Below, piece after piece: positions 12,997 through 25,650 of a DNA stretch of 64,000 nt (positions within the stretch are counted from its first letter, which is position 1; each line of letters starts with the position of its first letter). The stretch lies in assembly GCA_964057225.1 (NCBI GenBank), contig OZ059900.1, positions 20,274,001 through 20,338,000 on the forward strand, read 5' to 3'. Made by a program: the position numbers and the translations under genes. Under the pieces are notes generated by a model. That model did no database searches and was not told where the DNA came from. It worked only from the letters and a program-made list of their open reading frames with translations. The stretch is from Auanema rhodensis. Its lineage: Eukaryota > Animalia > Nematoda.

Positions 12997-13680
12997 GTAC
13001 AACATCTAGTTCCACTTTCACGACAAAAAAACAGCGGTTAGAAAATTAAGGAAATTAGCATATTCTGAGGGCACGCCCCTTATGGCTAATATTGATTAAA
13101 TCGATTTTTGTTCATATGAGTCGTCAAATGCAACGAATTTCAGCGTGTTACATACTAAAATGAAGCATTTTACATGCTGAACACTAGAAAAATACAAAAA
13201 CACAGTATTTCCCATGAGAAATATTTTATTATGCTGGAAAACCAGTTTTTGGAAATTTCGCTGTAAACAAGGTTTTGACTTACGATTTCATGTGTTCAAA
13301 CTCATGCAATGTTAATGAAACCTAGCTCAAAATTGTTCGTACAACGTCTAGTTCCACTTTCACGACAAAAAAACAGGGTTTAGAAAATTAAGGAAATTAG
13401 CATATTGTGAGGGCACGCCCCTTATGGCTAATATTGATTAAATCGATTTTTGTTCATATGAGTCGTCAAATGCAACGAATTTCAGCGTGTTACATACTAA
13501 AATGAAGCATTTTACATGCTGAACACTAGAAAAATACAAAAACACAGTATTTCCCATGAGAAATATTTTATTATGCTGGAAAACCAGTTTTTGGAAATTT
13601 CGCTGTAAACAAGGTTTTGACTTACGATTTCATGTGTTCAAACTCATGCAATGTCAATGAAACCTAGCTCAAAATTGTTC
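12313..13680 (+). repeat. 2-monomer tandem duplication (2 x 684 bp)
   Basis: Monomers 37-38 and 39-40 match. The C317T variant (AATGTTAATG) was seen only in monomers 37 and 39. Confidence 0.85.
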
Positions 13681-16600
13681 GTACAACATCTAGTTCCACT
13701 TTCACGACAAAAAAACAGCGGTTAGAAAATTAAGGAAATTAGCATATTCTGAGGGCACGCCCCTTATGGCTAATATTGATTAAATCGATTTTTGTTCATA
13801 TGAGTCGTCAAATGCAACGAATTTCAGCGTGTTACATACTAAAATGAAGCATTTTACATGCTGAACACTAGAAAAATACAAAAACACAGTATTTCCCATG
13901 AGAAATATTTTATTATGCTGGAAAACCAGTTTTTGGAAATTTCGCTGTAAACAAGGTTTTGACTTACGATTTCATGTGTTCAAACTCATGCAATGTCAAT
14001 GAAACCTAGCTCAAAATTGTTCGTACAACATCTAGTTCCACTTTCACGACAAAAAAACAGGGGTTAGAAAATTAAGGAAATTAGCATATTCTGAGGGCAC
14101 GCCCCTTATGGCTAATATTGATTAAATCGATTTTTGTTCATATGAGTCGTCAAATGCAACGAATTTCAGCGTGTTACATACTAAAATGAAGCATTTTACA
14201 TGCTGAACACTAGAAAAATACAAAAACACAGTATTTCCCATGAGAAATATTTTATTATGCTGGAAAACCAGTTTTTGGAAATTTCGCTGTAAACAAGGTT
14301 TTGACTTACGATTTCATGTGTTCAAACTCATGCAATGTCAATGAAACCTAGCTCAAAATTGTTCGTACAACGTCTAGTTCCACTTTCACGACAAAAAAAC
14401 AGGGTTTAGAAAATTAAGGAAATTAGCATATTGTGAGGGCACGCCCCTTATGGCTAATATTGATTAAATCGATTTTTGTTCATATGAGTCGTCAAATGCA
14501 ACGAATTTCAGCGTGTTACATACTAAAATGAAGCATTTTACATGCTGAACACTAGAAAAATACAAAAACACAGTATTTCCCATGAGAAATATTTTATTAT
14601 GCTGGAAAACCAGTTTTTGGAAATTTCGCTGTAAACAAGGTTTTGACTTACGATTTCATGTGTTCAAACTCATGCAATGTCAATGAAACCTAGCTCAAAA
14701 TTGTTCGTACAACGTCTAGTTCCACTTTCACGACAAAAAAACAGGGTTTAGAAAATTAAGGAAATTAGCATATTGTGAGGGCACGCCCCTTATGGCTAAT
14801 ATTGATTAAATCGATTTTTGTTCATATGAGTCGTCAAATGCAACGAATTTCAGCGTGTTACATACTAAAATGAAGCATTTTACATGCTGAACACTAGAAA
14901 AATACAAAAACACAGTATTTCCCATGAGAAATATTTTATTATGCTGGAAAACCAGTTTTTGGAAATTTCGCTGTAAACAAGGTTTTGACTTACGATTTCA
15001 TGTGTTCAAACTCATGCAATGTCAATGAAACCTAGCTCAAAATTGTTCGTACAACGTCTAGTTTCACTTTCACGACAAAAAAACAGGGGGTAGAAAATTA
15101 GGGAAATTAGCATATTCTGAGGGCACGCCCCTCATGGCTAATATTGATTAAATCGATTTTTGTTCATATGAGTCGTCAAATGCAACGAATTTCAGCGTGT
15201 TACATACTAAAATGAAGCATTTTACATGCTGAACACTAGAAAAATACAAAAACACAGTATTTCCCATGAGAAATATTTTATTATGCTGGAAAACCAGTTT
15301 TTGGAAATTTCGCTGTAAACAAGGTTTTGACTTACGATTTCATGTGTTCAAACTCATGCAATGTCAATGAAACCTAGCTCAAAATTGTTCGTACAACGTC
15401 TAGTTCCACTTTCACGACAAAAAAACAGGGGTTAGAAAATTAGGGAAATTAGCATATTCTGAGGGCACGCCCCTTATGGCTAATATTGATTAAATCGATT
15501 TTTGTTCATATGAGTCGTCAAATGCAACGAATTTCAGCGTGTTACATACTAAAATGAAGCATTTTACATGCTGAACACTAGAAAAATACAAAAACACAGT
15601 ATTTCCCATGAGAAATATTTTATTATGCTGGAAAACCAGTTTTTGGAAATTTCGCTGTAAACAAGGTTTTGACTTACGATTTCATGTGTTCAAACTCATG
15701 CAATGTCAATGAAACCTAGCTCAAAATTGTTCGTACAACGTCTAGTTCCACTTTCACGACAAAAAAACAGGGGTTAGAAAATTAGGGAAATTAGCATATT
15801 CTGAGGGCACGCCCCTTATGGCTAATATTGATTAAATCGATTTTTGTTCATATGAGTCGTCAAATGCAACGAATTTCAGCGTGTTACATACTAAAATGAA
15901 GCATTTTACATGCTGAACACTAGAAAAATACAAAAACACAGTATTTCCCATGAGAAATATTTTATTATGCTGGAAAACCAGTTTTTGGAAATTTCGCTGT
16001 AAACAAGGTTTTGACTTACGATTTCATGTGTTCAAACTCATGCAATGTCAATGAAACCTAGCTCAAAATTGTTCGTACAACGTCTAGTTCCACTTTCACG
16101 ACAAAAAAACAGGGTTTAGAAAATTAAGGAAATTAGCATATTGTGAGGGCACGCCCCTTATGGCTAATATTGATTAAATCGATTTTTGTTCATATGAGTC
16201 GTCAAATGCAACGAATTTCAGCGTGTTACATACTAAAATGAAGCATTTTACATGCTGAACACTAAAAAAATACAAAAACACAGTATTTCCCATGAGAAAT
16301 ATTTTATTATGCTGGAAAACCAGTTTTTGGAAATTTCGCTGTAAACAAGGTTTTGACTTACGATTTCATGTGTTCAAACTCATGCAATGTCAATGAAACC
16401 TAGCTCAAAATTGTTCGTACAACGTCTAGTTTTACTTTCACGACAAAAAAACAGGGGGTAGAAAATTAGGGAAATTAGCATATTCTGAGGGCACGCCCCT
16501 TATGGCTAATATTGATTAAATCGATTTTTGTTCATATGAGTCGTCAAATGCAACGAATTTCAGCGTGTTACATACTAAAATGAAGCATTTTACATGCTGA

Positions 16601-19494
16601 ACACTAGAAAAATACAAAAACACAGTATTTCCCATGAGAAATATTTTATTATGCTGGAAAACCAGTTTTTGGAAATTTCGCTGTAAACAAGGTTTTGACT
16701 TACGATTTCATGTGTTCAAACTCATGCAATGTCAATGAAACCTAGCTCAAAATTGTTCGTACAACGTCCAGTTCCACTTTCACGACAAAAAAACAGGGTT
16801 TAGAAAATTAAGGAAATTAGCATATTGTGAGGGCACGCCCCTTATGGCTAATATTGATTAAATCGATTTTTGTTCATATGAGTCGTCAAATGCAACGAAT
16901 TTCAGCGTGTTACATACTAAAATGAAGCATTTTACATGCTGAACATTAGAAAAATACAAAAACACAGTATTTCCCATGAGAAATATTTTATTATGCTGGA
17001 AAACCAGTTTTTGGAAATTTCGCTGTAAACAAGGTTTTGACTTACGATTTCATGTGTTCAAACTCATGCAATGTCAATGAAACCTAGCTCAAAATTGTTC
17101 GTACAACGTCTAGTTTCACTTTCACGACAAAAAAACAGGGGGTAGAAAATTAGGGAAATTAGCATATTCTGAGGGCACGCCCCTTATGGCTAATATTGAT
17201 TAAATCGATTTTTGTTCATATGAGTCGTCAAATGCAACGAATTTCAGCGTGTTACATACTAAAATGAAGCATTTTACATGCTGAACACTAGAAAAATACA
17301 AAAACACAGTATTTCCCATGAGAAATAGTTTATTATGCTGGAAAACCAGTTTTTGGAAATTTCGCTGTAAACAAGGTTTTGACTTACGATTTCATGTGTT
17401 CAAACTCATGCAATGTCAATGAAACCTAGCTCAAAATTGTTCGTACAACGTCTAGTTCCACTTTCACGACAAAAAAACAGGGGTTAGAAAATTAGGGAAA
17501 TTAGCATATTCTGAGGGCACGCCCCTTATGGCTAATATTGATTAAATCGATTTTTGTTCATATGAGTCGTCAAATGCAACGAATTTCAGCGTGTTACATA
17601 CTAAAATGAAGCATTTTACATGCTGAACACTAGAAAAATACAAAAACACAGTATTTCCCATGAGAAATATTTTATTATGCTGGAAAACCAGTTTTTGGAA
17701 ATTTCGCTGTAAACAAGGTTTTGACTTACGATTTCATGTGTTCAAACTCATGCAATGTCAATGAAACCTAGCTCAAAATTGTTCGTACAACGTCTAGTTC
17801 CACTTTCACGACAAAAAAACAGGGTTTAGAAAATTAAGGAAATTAGCATATTGTGAGGGCACGCCCCTTATGGCTAATATTGATTAAATCGATTTTTGTT
17901 CATATGAGTCGTCAAATGCAACGAATTTCAGCGTGTTACATACTAAAATGAAGCATTTTACATGCTGAACACTAGAAAAATACAAAAACACAGTATTTCC
18001 CATGAGAAATATTTTATTATGCTGGAAAACCAGTTTTTGGAAATTTCGCTGTAAACAAGGTTTTGACTTACGATTTCATGTGTTCAAACTCATGCAATGT
18101 CAATGAAACCTAGCTCAAAATTGTTCGTACAACGTCTAGTTCCACTTTCACGACAAAAAAACAGGGGTTAGAAAATTAGGGAAATTAGCATATTCTGAGG
18201 GCACGCCCCTTATGGCTAATATTGATTAAATCGATTTTTGTTCATATGAGTCGTCAAATGCAACGAATTTCAGCGTGTTACATACTAAAATGAAGCATTT
18301 TACATGCTGAACACTAGAAAAATACAAAAACACAGTATTTCCCATGAGAAATATTTTATTATGCTGGAAAACCAGTTTTTGGAAATTTCGCTGTAAACAA
18401 GGTTTTGACTTACGATTTCATGTGTTCAAACTCATGCAATGTCAATGAAACCTAGCTCAAAATTGTTCGTACAACGTCTAGTTCCACTTTCACGACAAAA
18501 AAACAGGGGTTAGAAAATTAGGGAAATTAGCATATTCTGAGGGCACGCCCCTTATGGCTAATATTGATTAAATCGATTTTTGTTCATATGAGTCGTCAAA
18601 TGCAACGAATTTCAGCGTGTTACATACTAAAATGAAGCATTTTACATGCTGAACACTAGAAAAATACAAAAACACAGTATTTCCCATGAGAAATATTTTA
18701 TTATGCTGGAAAACCAGTTTTTGGAAATTTCGCTGTAAACAAGGTTTTGACTTACGATTTCATGTGTTCAAACTCATGCAATGTCAATGAAACCTAGCTC
18801 AAAATTGTTCGTACAACGTCTAGTTCCACTTTCACGACAAAAAAACAGGGTTTAGAAAATTAAGGAAATTAGCATATTGTGAGGGCACGCCCCTTATGGC
18901 TAATATTGATTAAATCGATTTTTGTTCATATGAGTCGTCAAATGCAACGAATTTCAGCGTGTTACATACTAAAATGAAGCATTTTACATGCTGAACACTA
19001 GAAAAATACAAAAACACAGTATTTCCCATGAGAAATATTTTATTATGCTGGAAAACCAGTTTTTGGAAATTTCGCTGTAAACAAGGTTTTGACTTACGAT
19101 TTCATGTGTTCAAACTCATGCAATGTCAATGAAACCTAGCTCAAAATTGTTCGTACAACGTCTAGTTCCACTTTCACGACAAAAAAACAGGGGTTAGAAA
19201 ATTAAGGAAATTAGCATATTCTGAGGGCACGCCCCTTATGGCTAATATTGATTAAATCGATTTTTGTTCATATGAGTCGTCAAATGCAACGAATTTCAGC
19301 GTGTTACATACTAAAATGAAGCATTTTACATGCTGAACACTAGAAAAATACAAAAACACAGTATTTCCCATGAGAAATATTTTATTATGCTGGAAAACCA
19401 GTTTTTGGAAATTTCGCTGTAAACAAGGTTTTGACTTACGATTTCATGTGTTCAAACTCATGCAATGTCAATGAAACCTAGCTCAAAATTGTTC

Positions 19495-22400
19495 GTACAA
19501 CGTCTAGTTCCACTTTCACGACAAAAAAACAGGGGTTAGAAAATTAAGGAAATTAGCATATTCTGAGGGCACGCCCCTTATGGCTAATATTGATTAAATC
19601 GATTTTTGTTCATATGAGTCGTCAAATGCAACGAATTTCAGCGTGTTACATACTAAAATGAAGCAATTTACATGCTGAACACTAGAAAAATACAAAAACA
19701 CAGTATTTCCCATGAGAAATATTTTATTATGCTGGAAAACCAGTTTTTGGAAATTTCGCTGTAAACAAGGTTTTGACTTACGATTTCATGTGTTCAAACT
19801 CATGCAATGTCAATGAAACCTAGCTCAAAATTGTTCGTACAACGTCTAGTTCCACTTTCACGACAAAAAAACAGGGGTTAGAAAATTAAGGAAATTAGCA
19901 TATTCTGAGGGCACGCCCCTTATGGCTAATATTGATTAAATCGATTTTTGTTCATATGAGTCGTCAAATGCAACGAATTTCAGCGTGTTACATACTAAAA
20001 TGAAGCATTTTACATGCTGAACACTAGAAAAATACAAAAACACAGTATTTCCCATGAGAAATATTTTATTATGCTGGAAAACCAGTTTTTGGAAATTTCG
20101 CTGTAAACAAGGTTTTGACTTACGATTTCATGTGTTCAAACTCATGCAATGTCAATGAAACCTAGCTCAAAATTGTTCGTACAACGTCTAGTTCCACTTT
20201 CACGACAAAAAAACAGGGGTTAGAAAATTAAGGAAATTAGCATATTCTGAGGGCACGCCCCTTATGGCTAATATTGATTAAATCGATTTTTGTTCATATG
20301 AGTCGTCAAATGCAACGAATTTCAGCGTGTTACATACTAAAATGAAGCATTTTACATGCTGAACACTAGAAAAATACAAAAACACAGTATTTCCCATGAG
20401 AAATATTTTATTATGCTGGAAAACCAGTTTTTGGAAATTTCGCTGTAAACAAGGTTTTGACTTACGATTTCATGTGTTCAAACTCATGCAATGTCAATGA
20501 AACCTAGCTCAAAATTGTTCGTACAACGTCTAGTTCCACTTTCACGACAAAAAAACAGGGGTTAGAAAATTAAGGAAATTAGCATATTCTGAGGGCACGC
20601 CCCTTATGGCTAATATTGATTAAATCGATTTTTGTTCATATGAGTCGTCAAATGCAACGAATTTCAGCGTGTTACATACTAAAATGAAGCAATTTACATG
20701 CTGAACACTAGAAAAATACAAAAACACAGTATTTCCCATGAGAAATATTTTATTATGCTGGAAAACCAGTTTTTGGAAATTTCGCTGTAAACAAGGTTTT
20801 GACTTACGATTTCATGTGTTCAAACTCATGCAATGTCAATGAAACCTAGCTCAAAATTGTTCGTACAACGTCTAGTTCCACTTTCACGACAAAAAAACAG
20901 GGGTTAGAAAATTAAGGAAATTAGCATATTCTGAGGGCACGCCCCTTATGGCTAATATTGATTAAATCGATTTTTGTTCATATGAGTCGTCAAATGCAAC
21001 GAATTTCAGCGTGTTACATACTAAAATGAAGCATTTTACATGCTGAACACTAGAAAAATACAAAAACACAGTATTTCCCATGAGAAATATTTTATTATGC
21101 TGGAAAACCAGTTTTTGGAAATTTCGCTGTAAACAAGGTTTTGACTTACGATTTCATGTGTTCAAACTCATGCAATGTCAATGAAACCTAGCTCAAAATT
21201 GTTCGTACAACGTCTAGTTCCACTTTCACGACAAAAAAACAGGGGTTAGAAAATTAAGGAAATTAGCATATTCTGAGGGCACGCCCCTTATGGCTAATAT
21301 TGATTAAATCGATTTTTGTTCATATGAGTCGTCAAATGCAACGAATTTCAGCGTGTTACATACTAAAATGAAGCATTTTACATGCTGAACACTAGAAAAA
21401 TACAAAAACACAGTATTTCCCATGAGAAATATTTTATTATGCTGGAAAACCAGTTTTTGGAAATTTCGCTGTAAACAAGGTTTTGACTTACGATTTCATG
21501 TGTTCAAACTCATGCAATGTCAATGAAACCTAGCTCAAAATTGTTCGTACAACGTCTAGTTCCACTTTCACGACAAAAAAACAGGGGTTAGAAAATTAAG
21601 GAAATTAGCATATTCTGAGGGCACGCCCCTTATGGCTAATATTGATTAAATCGATTTTTGTTCATATGAGTCGTCAAATGCAACGAATTTCAGCGTGTTA
21701 CATACTAAAATGAAGCAATTTACATGCGGAACACTAGAAAAATACAAAAACACAGTATTTCCCATGAGAAATATTTTATTATGCTGGAAAACCAGTTTTT
21801 GGAAATTTCGCTGTAAACAAGGTTTTGACTTACGATTTCATGTGTTCAAACTCATGCAATGTCAATGAAACCTAGCTCAAAATTGTTCGTACAACGTCTA
21901 GTTCCACTTTCACGACAAAAAAACAGGGGTTAGAAAATTAAGGAAATTAGCATATTCTGAGGGCACGCCCCTTATGGCTAATATTGATTAAATCGATTTT
22001 TGTTCATATGAGTCGTCAAATGCAACGAATTTCAGCGTGTTACATACTAAAATGAAGCATTTTATATGCTGAACACTAGAAAAATACAAAAACACAGTAT
22101 TTCCCATGAGAAATATTTTATTATGCTGGAAAACCAGTTTTTGGAAATTTCGCTGTAAACAAGGTTTTGACTTACGATTTCATGTGTTCAAACTCATGCA
22201 ATGTCAATGAAACCTAGCTCAAAATTGTTCGTACAACGTCTAGTTCCACTTTCACGACAAAAAAACAGGGGTTAGAAAATTAAGGAAATTAGCATATTCT
22301 GAGGGCACGCCCCTTATGGCTAATATTGATTAAATCGATTTTTGTTCATATGAGTCGTCAAATGCAACGAATTTCAGCGTGTTACATACTAAAATGAAGC

Positions 22401-25400
22401 ATTTTACATGCTGAACACTAAAAAAATACAAAAACACAGTATTTCCCATGAGAAATATTTTATTATGCTGGAAAACCAGTTTTTGGAAATTTCGCTGTAA
22501 ACAAGGTTTTGACTTACGATTTCATGTGTTCAAACTCATGCAATGTCAATGAAACCTAGCTCAAAATTGTTCGTACAACGTCTAGTTCCACTTTCACGAC
22601 AAAAAAACAGGGGTTAGAAAATTAAGGAAATTAGCATATTCTGAGGGCACGCCCCTTATGGCTAATATTGATTAAATCGATTTTTGTTCATATGAGTCGT
22701 CAAATGCAACGAATTTCAGCGTGTTACATACTAAAATGAAGCAATTTACATGCTGAACACTAGAAAAATACAAAAACACAGTATTTCCCATGAGAAATAT
22801 TTTATTATGCTGGAAAACCAGTTTTTGGAAATTTCGCTGTAAACAAGGTTTTGACTTACGATTTCATGTGTTCAAACTCATGCAATGTCAATGAAACCTA
22901 GCTCAAAATTGTTCGTACAACGTCTAGTTCCACTTTCACGACAAAAAAACAGGGGTTAGAAAATTAAGGAAATTAGCATATTCTGAGGGCACGCCCCTTA
23001 TGGCTAATATTGATTAAATCGATTTTTGTTCATATGAGTCGTCAAATGCAACGAATTTCAGCGTGTTACATACTAAAATGAAGCATTTTACATGCTGAAC
23101 ACTAGAAAAATACAAAAACACAGTATTTCCCATGAGAAATATTTTATTATGCTGGAAAACCAGTTTTTGGAAATTTCGCTGTAAACAAGGTTTTGACTTA
23201 CGATTTCATGTGTTCAAACTCATGCAATGTCAATGAAACCTAGCTCAAAATTGTTCGTACAACGTCTAGTTCCACTTTCACGACAAAAAAACAGGGGTTA
23301 GAAAATTAAGGAAATTAGCATATTCTGAGGGCACGCCCCTTATGGCTAATATTGATTAAATCGATTTTTGTTCATATGAGTCGTCAAATGCAACGAATTT
23401 CAGCGTGTTACATACTAAAATGAAGCATTTTACATGCTGAACACTAGAAAAATACAAAAACACAGTATTTCCCATGAGAAATATTTTATTATGCTGGAAA
23501 ACCAGTTTTTGGAAATTTCGCTGTAAACAAGGTTTTGACTTACGATTTCATGTGTTCAAACTCATGCAATGTCAATGAAACCTAGCTCAAAATTGTTCGT
23601 ACAACGTCTAGTTCCACTTTCACGACAAAAAAACAGGGGTTAGAAAATTAAGGAAATTAGCATATTCTGAGGGCACGCCCCTTATGGCTAATATTGATTA
23701 AATCGATTTTTGTTCATATGAGTCGTCAAATGCAACGAATTTCAGCGTGTTACATACTAAAATGAAGCAATTTACATGCTGAACACTAGAAAAATACAAA
23801 AACACAGTATTTCCCATGAGAAATATTTTATTATGCTGGAAAACCAGTTTTTGGAAATTTCGCTGTAAACAAGGTTTTGACTTACGATTTCATGTGTTCA
23901 AACTCATGCAATGTCAATGAAACCTAGCTCAAAATTGTTCGTACAACGTCTAGTTCCACTTTCACGACAAAAAAACAGGGGTTAGAAAATTAAGGAAATT
24001 AGCATATTCTGAGGGCACGCCCCTTATGGCTAATATTGATTAAATCGATTTTTGTTCATATGAGTCGTCAAATGCAACGAATTTCAGCGTGTTACATACT
24101 AAAATGAAGCATTTTACATGCTGAACACTAGAAAAATACAAAAACACAGTATTTCCCATGAGAAATATTTTATTATGCTGGAAAACCAGTTTTTGGAAAT
24201 TTCGCTGTAAACAAGGTTTTGACTTACGATTTCATGTGTTCAAACTCATGCAATGTCAATGAAACCTAGCTCAAAATTGTTCGTACAACGTCTAGTTCCA
24301 CTTTCACGACAAAAAAACAGGGGTTAGAAAATTAAGGAAATTAGCATATTCTGAGGGCACGCCCCTTATGGCTAATATTGATTAAATCGATTTTTGTTCA
24401 TATGAGTCGTCAAATGCAACGAATTTCAGCGTGTTACATACTAAAATGAAGCATTTTACATGCTGAACACTAGAAAAATACAAAAACACAGTATTTCCCA
24501 TGAGAAATATTTTATTATGCTGGAAAACCAGTTTTTGGAAATTTCGCTGTAAACAAGGTTTTGACTTACGATTTCATGTGTTCAAACTCATGCAATGTCA
24601 ATGAAACCTAGCTCAAAATTGTTCGTACAACGTCTAGTTCCACTTTCACGACAAAAAAACAGGGGTTAGAAAATTAAGGAAATTAGCATATTCTGAGGGC
24701 ACGCCCCTTATGGCTAATATTGATTAAATCGATTTTTGTTCATATGAGTCGTCAAATGCAACGAATTTCAGCGTGTTACATACTAAAATGAAGCAATTTA
24801 CATGCGGAACACTAGAAAAATACAAAAACACAGTATTTCCCATGAGAAATATTTTATTATGCTGGAAAACCAGTTTTTGGAAATTTCGCTGTAAACAAGG
24901 TTTTGACTTACGATTTCATGTGTTCAAACTCATGCAATGTCAATGAAACCTAGCTCAAAATTGTTCGTACAACGTCTAGTTCCACTTTCACGACAAAAAA
25001 ACAGGGGTTAGAAAATTAAGGAAATTAGCATATTCTGAGGGCACGCCCCTTATGGCTAATATTGATTAAATCGATTTTTGTTCATATGAGTCGTCAAATG
25101 CAACGAATTTCAGCGTGTTACATACTAAAATGAAGCATTTTATATGCTGAACACTAGAAAAATACAAAAACACAGTATTTCCCATGAGAAATATTTTATT
25201 ATGCTGGAAAACCAGTTTTTGGAAATTTCGCTGTAAACAAGGTTTTGACTTACGATTTCATGTGTTCAAACTCATGCAATGTCAATGAAACCTAGCTCAA
25301 AATTGTTCGTACAACGTCTAGTTCCACTTTCACGACAAAAAAACAGGGGTTAGAAAATTAAGGAAATTAGCATATTCTGAGGGCACGCCCCTTATGGCTA

Positions 25401-25650
25401 ATATTGATTAAATCGATTTTTGTTCATATGAGTCGTCAAATGCAACGAATTTCAGCGTGTTACATACTAAAATGAAGCATTTTACATGCTGAACACTAAA
25501 AAAATACAAAAACACAGTATTTCCCATGAGAAATATTTTATTATGCTGGAAAACCAGTTTTTGGAAATTTCGCTGTAAACAAGGTTTTGACTTACGATTT
25601 CATGTGTTCAAACTCATGCAATGTCAATGAAACCTAGCTCAAAATTGTTC
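19495..25650 (+). repeat. Six 3-monomer units (1026 bp) organised as a duplicated 9-mer (2 x 3078 bp)
   Basis: T172A (AAGCAATTT) occurs in every third monomer (58, 61, 64, 67, 70, 73). The T182G/C177T/G191A trio marks monomers 64-66 and again 73-75. Confidence 0.9.
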
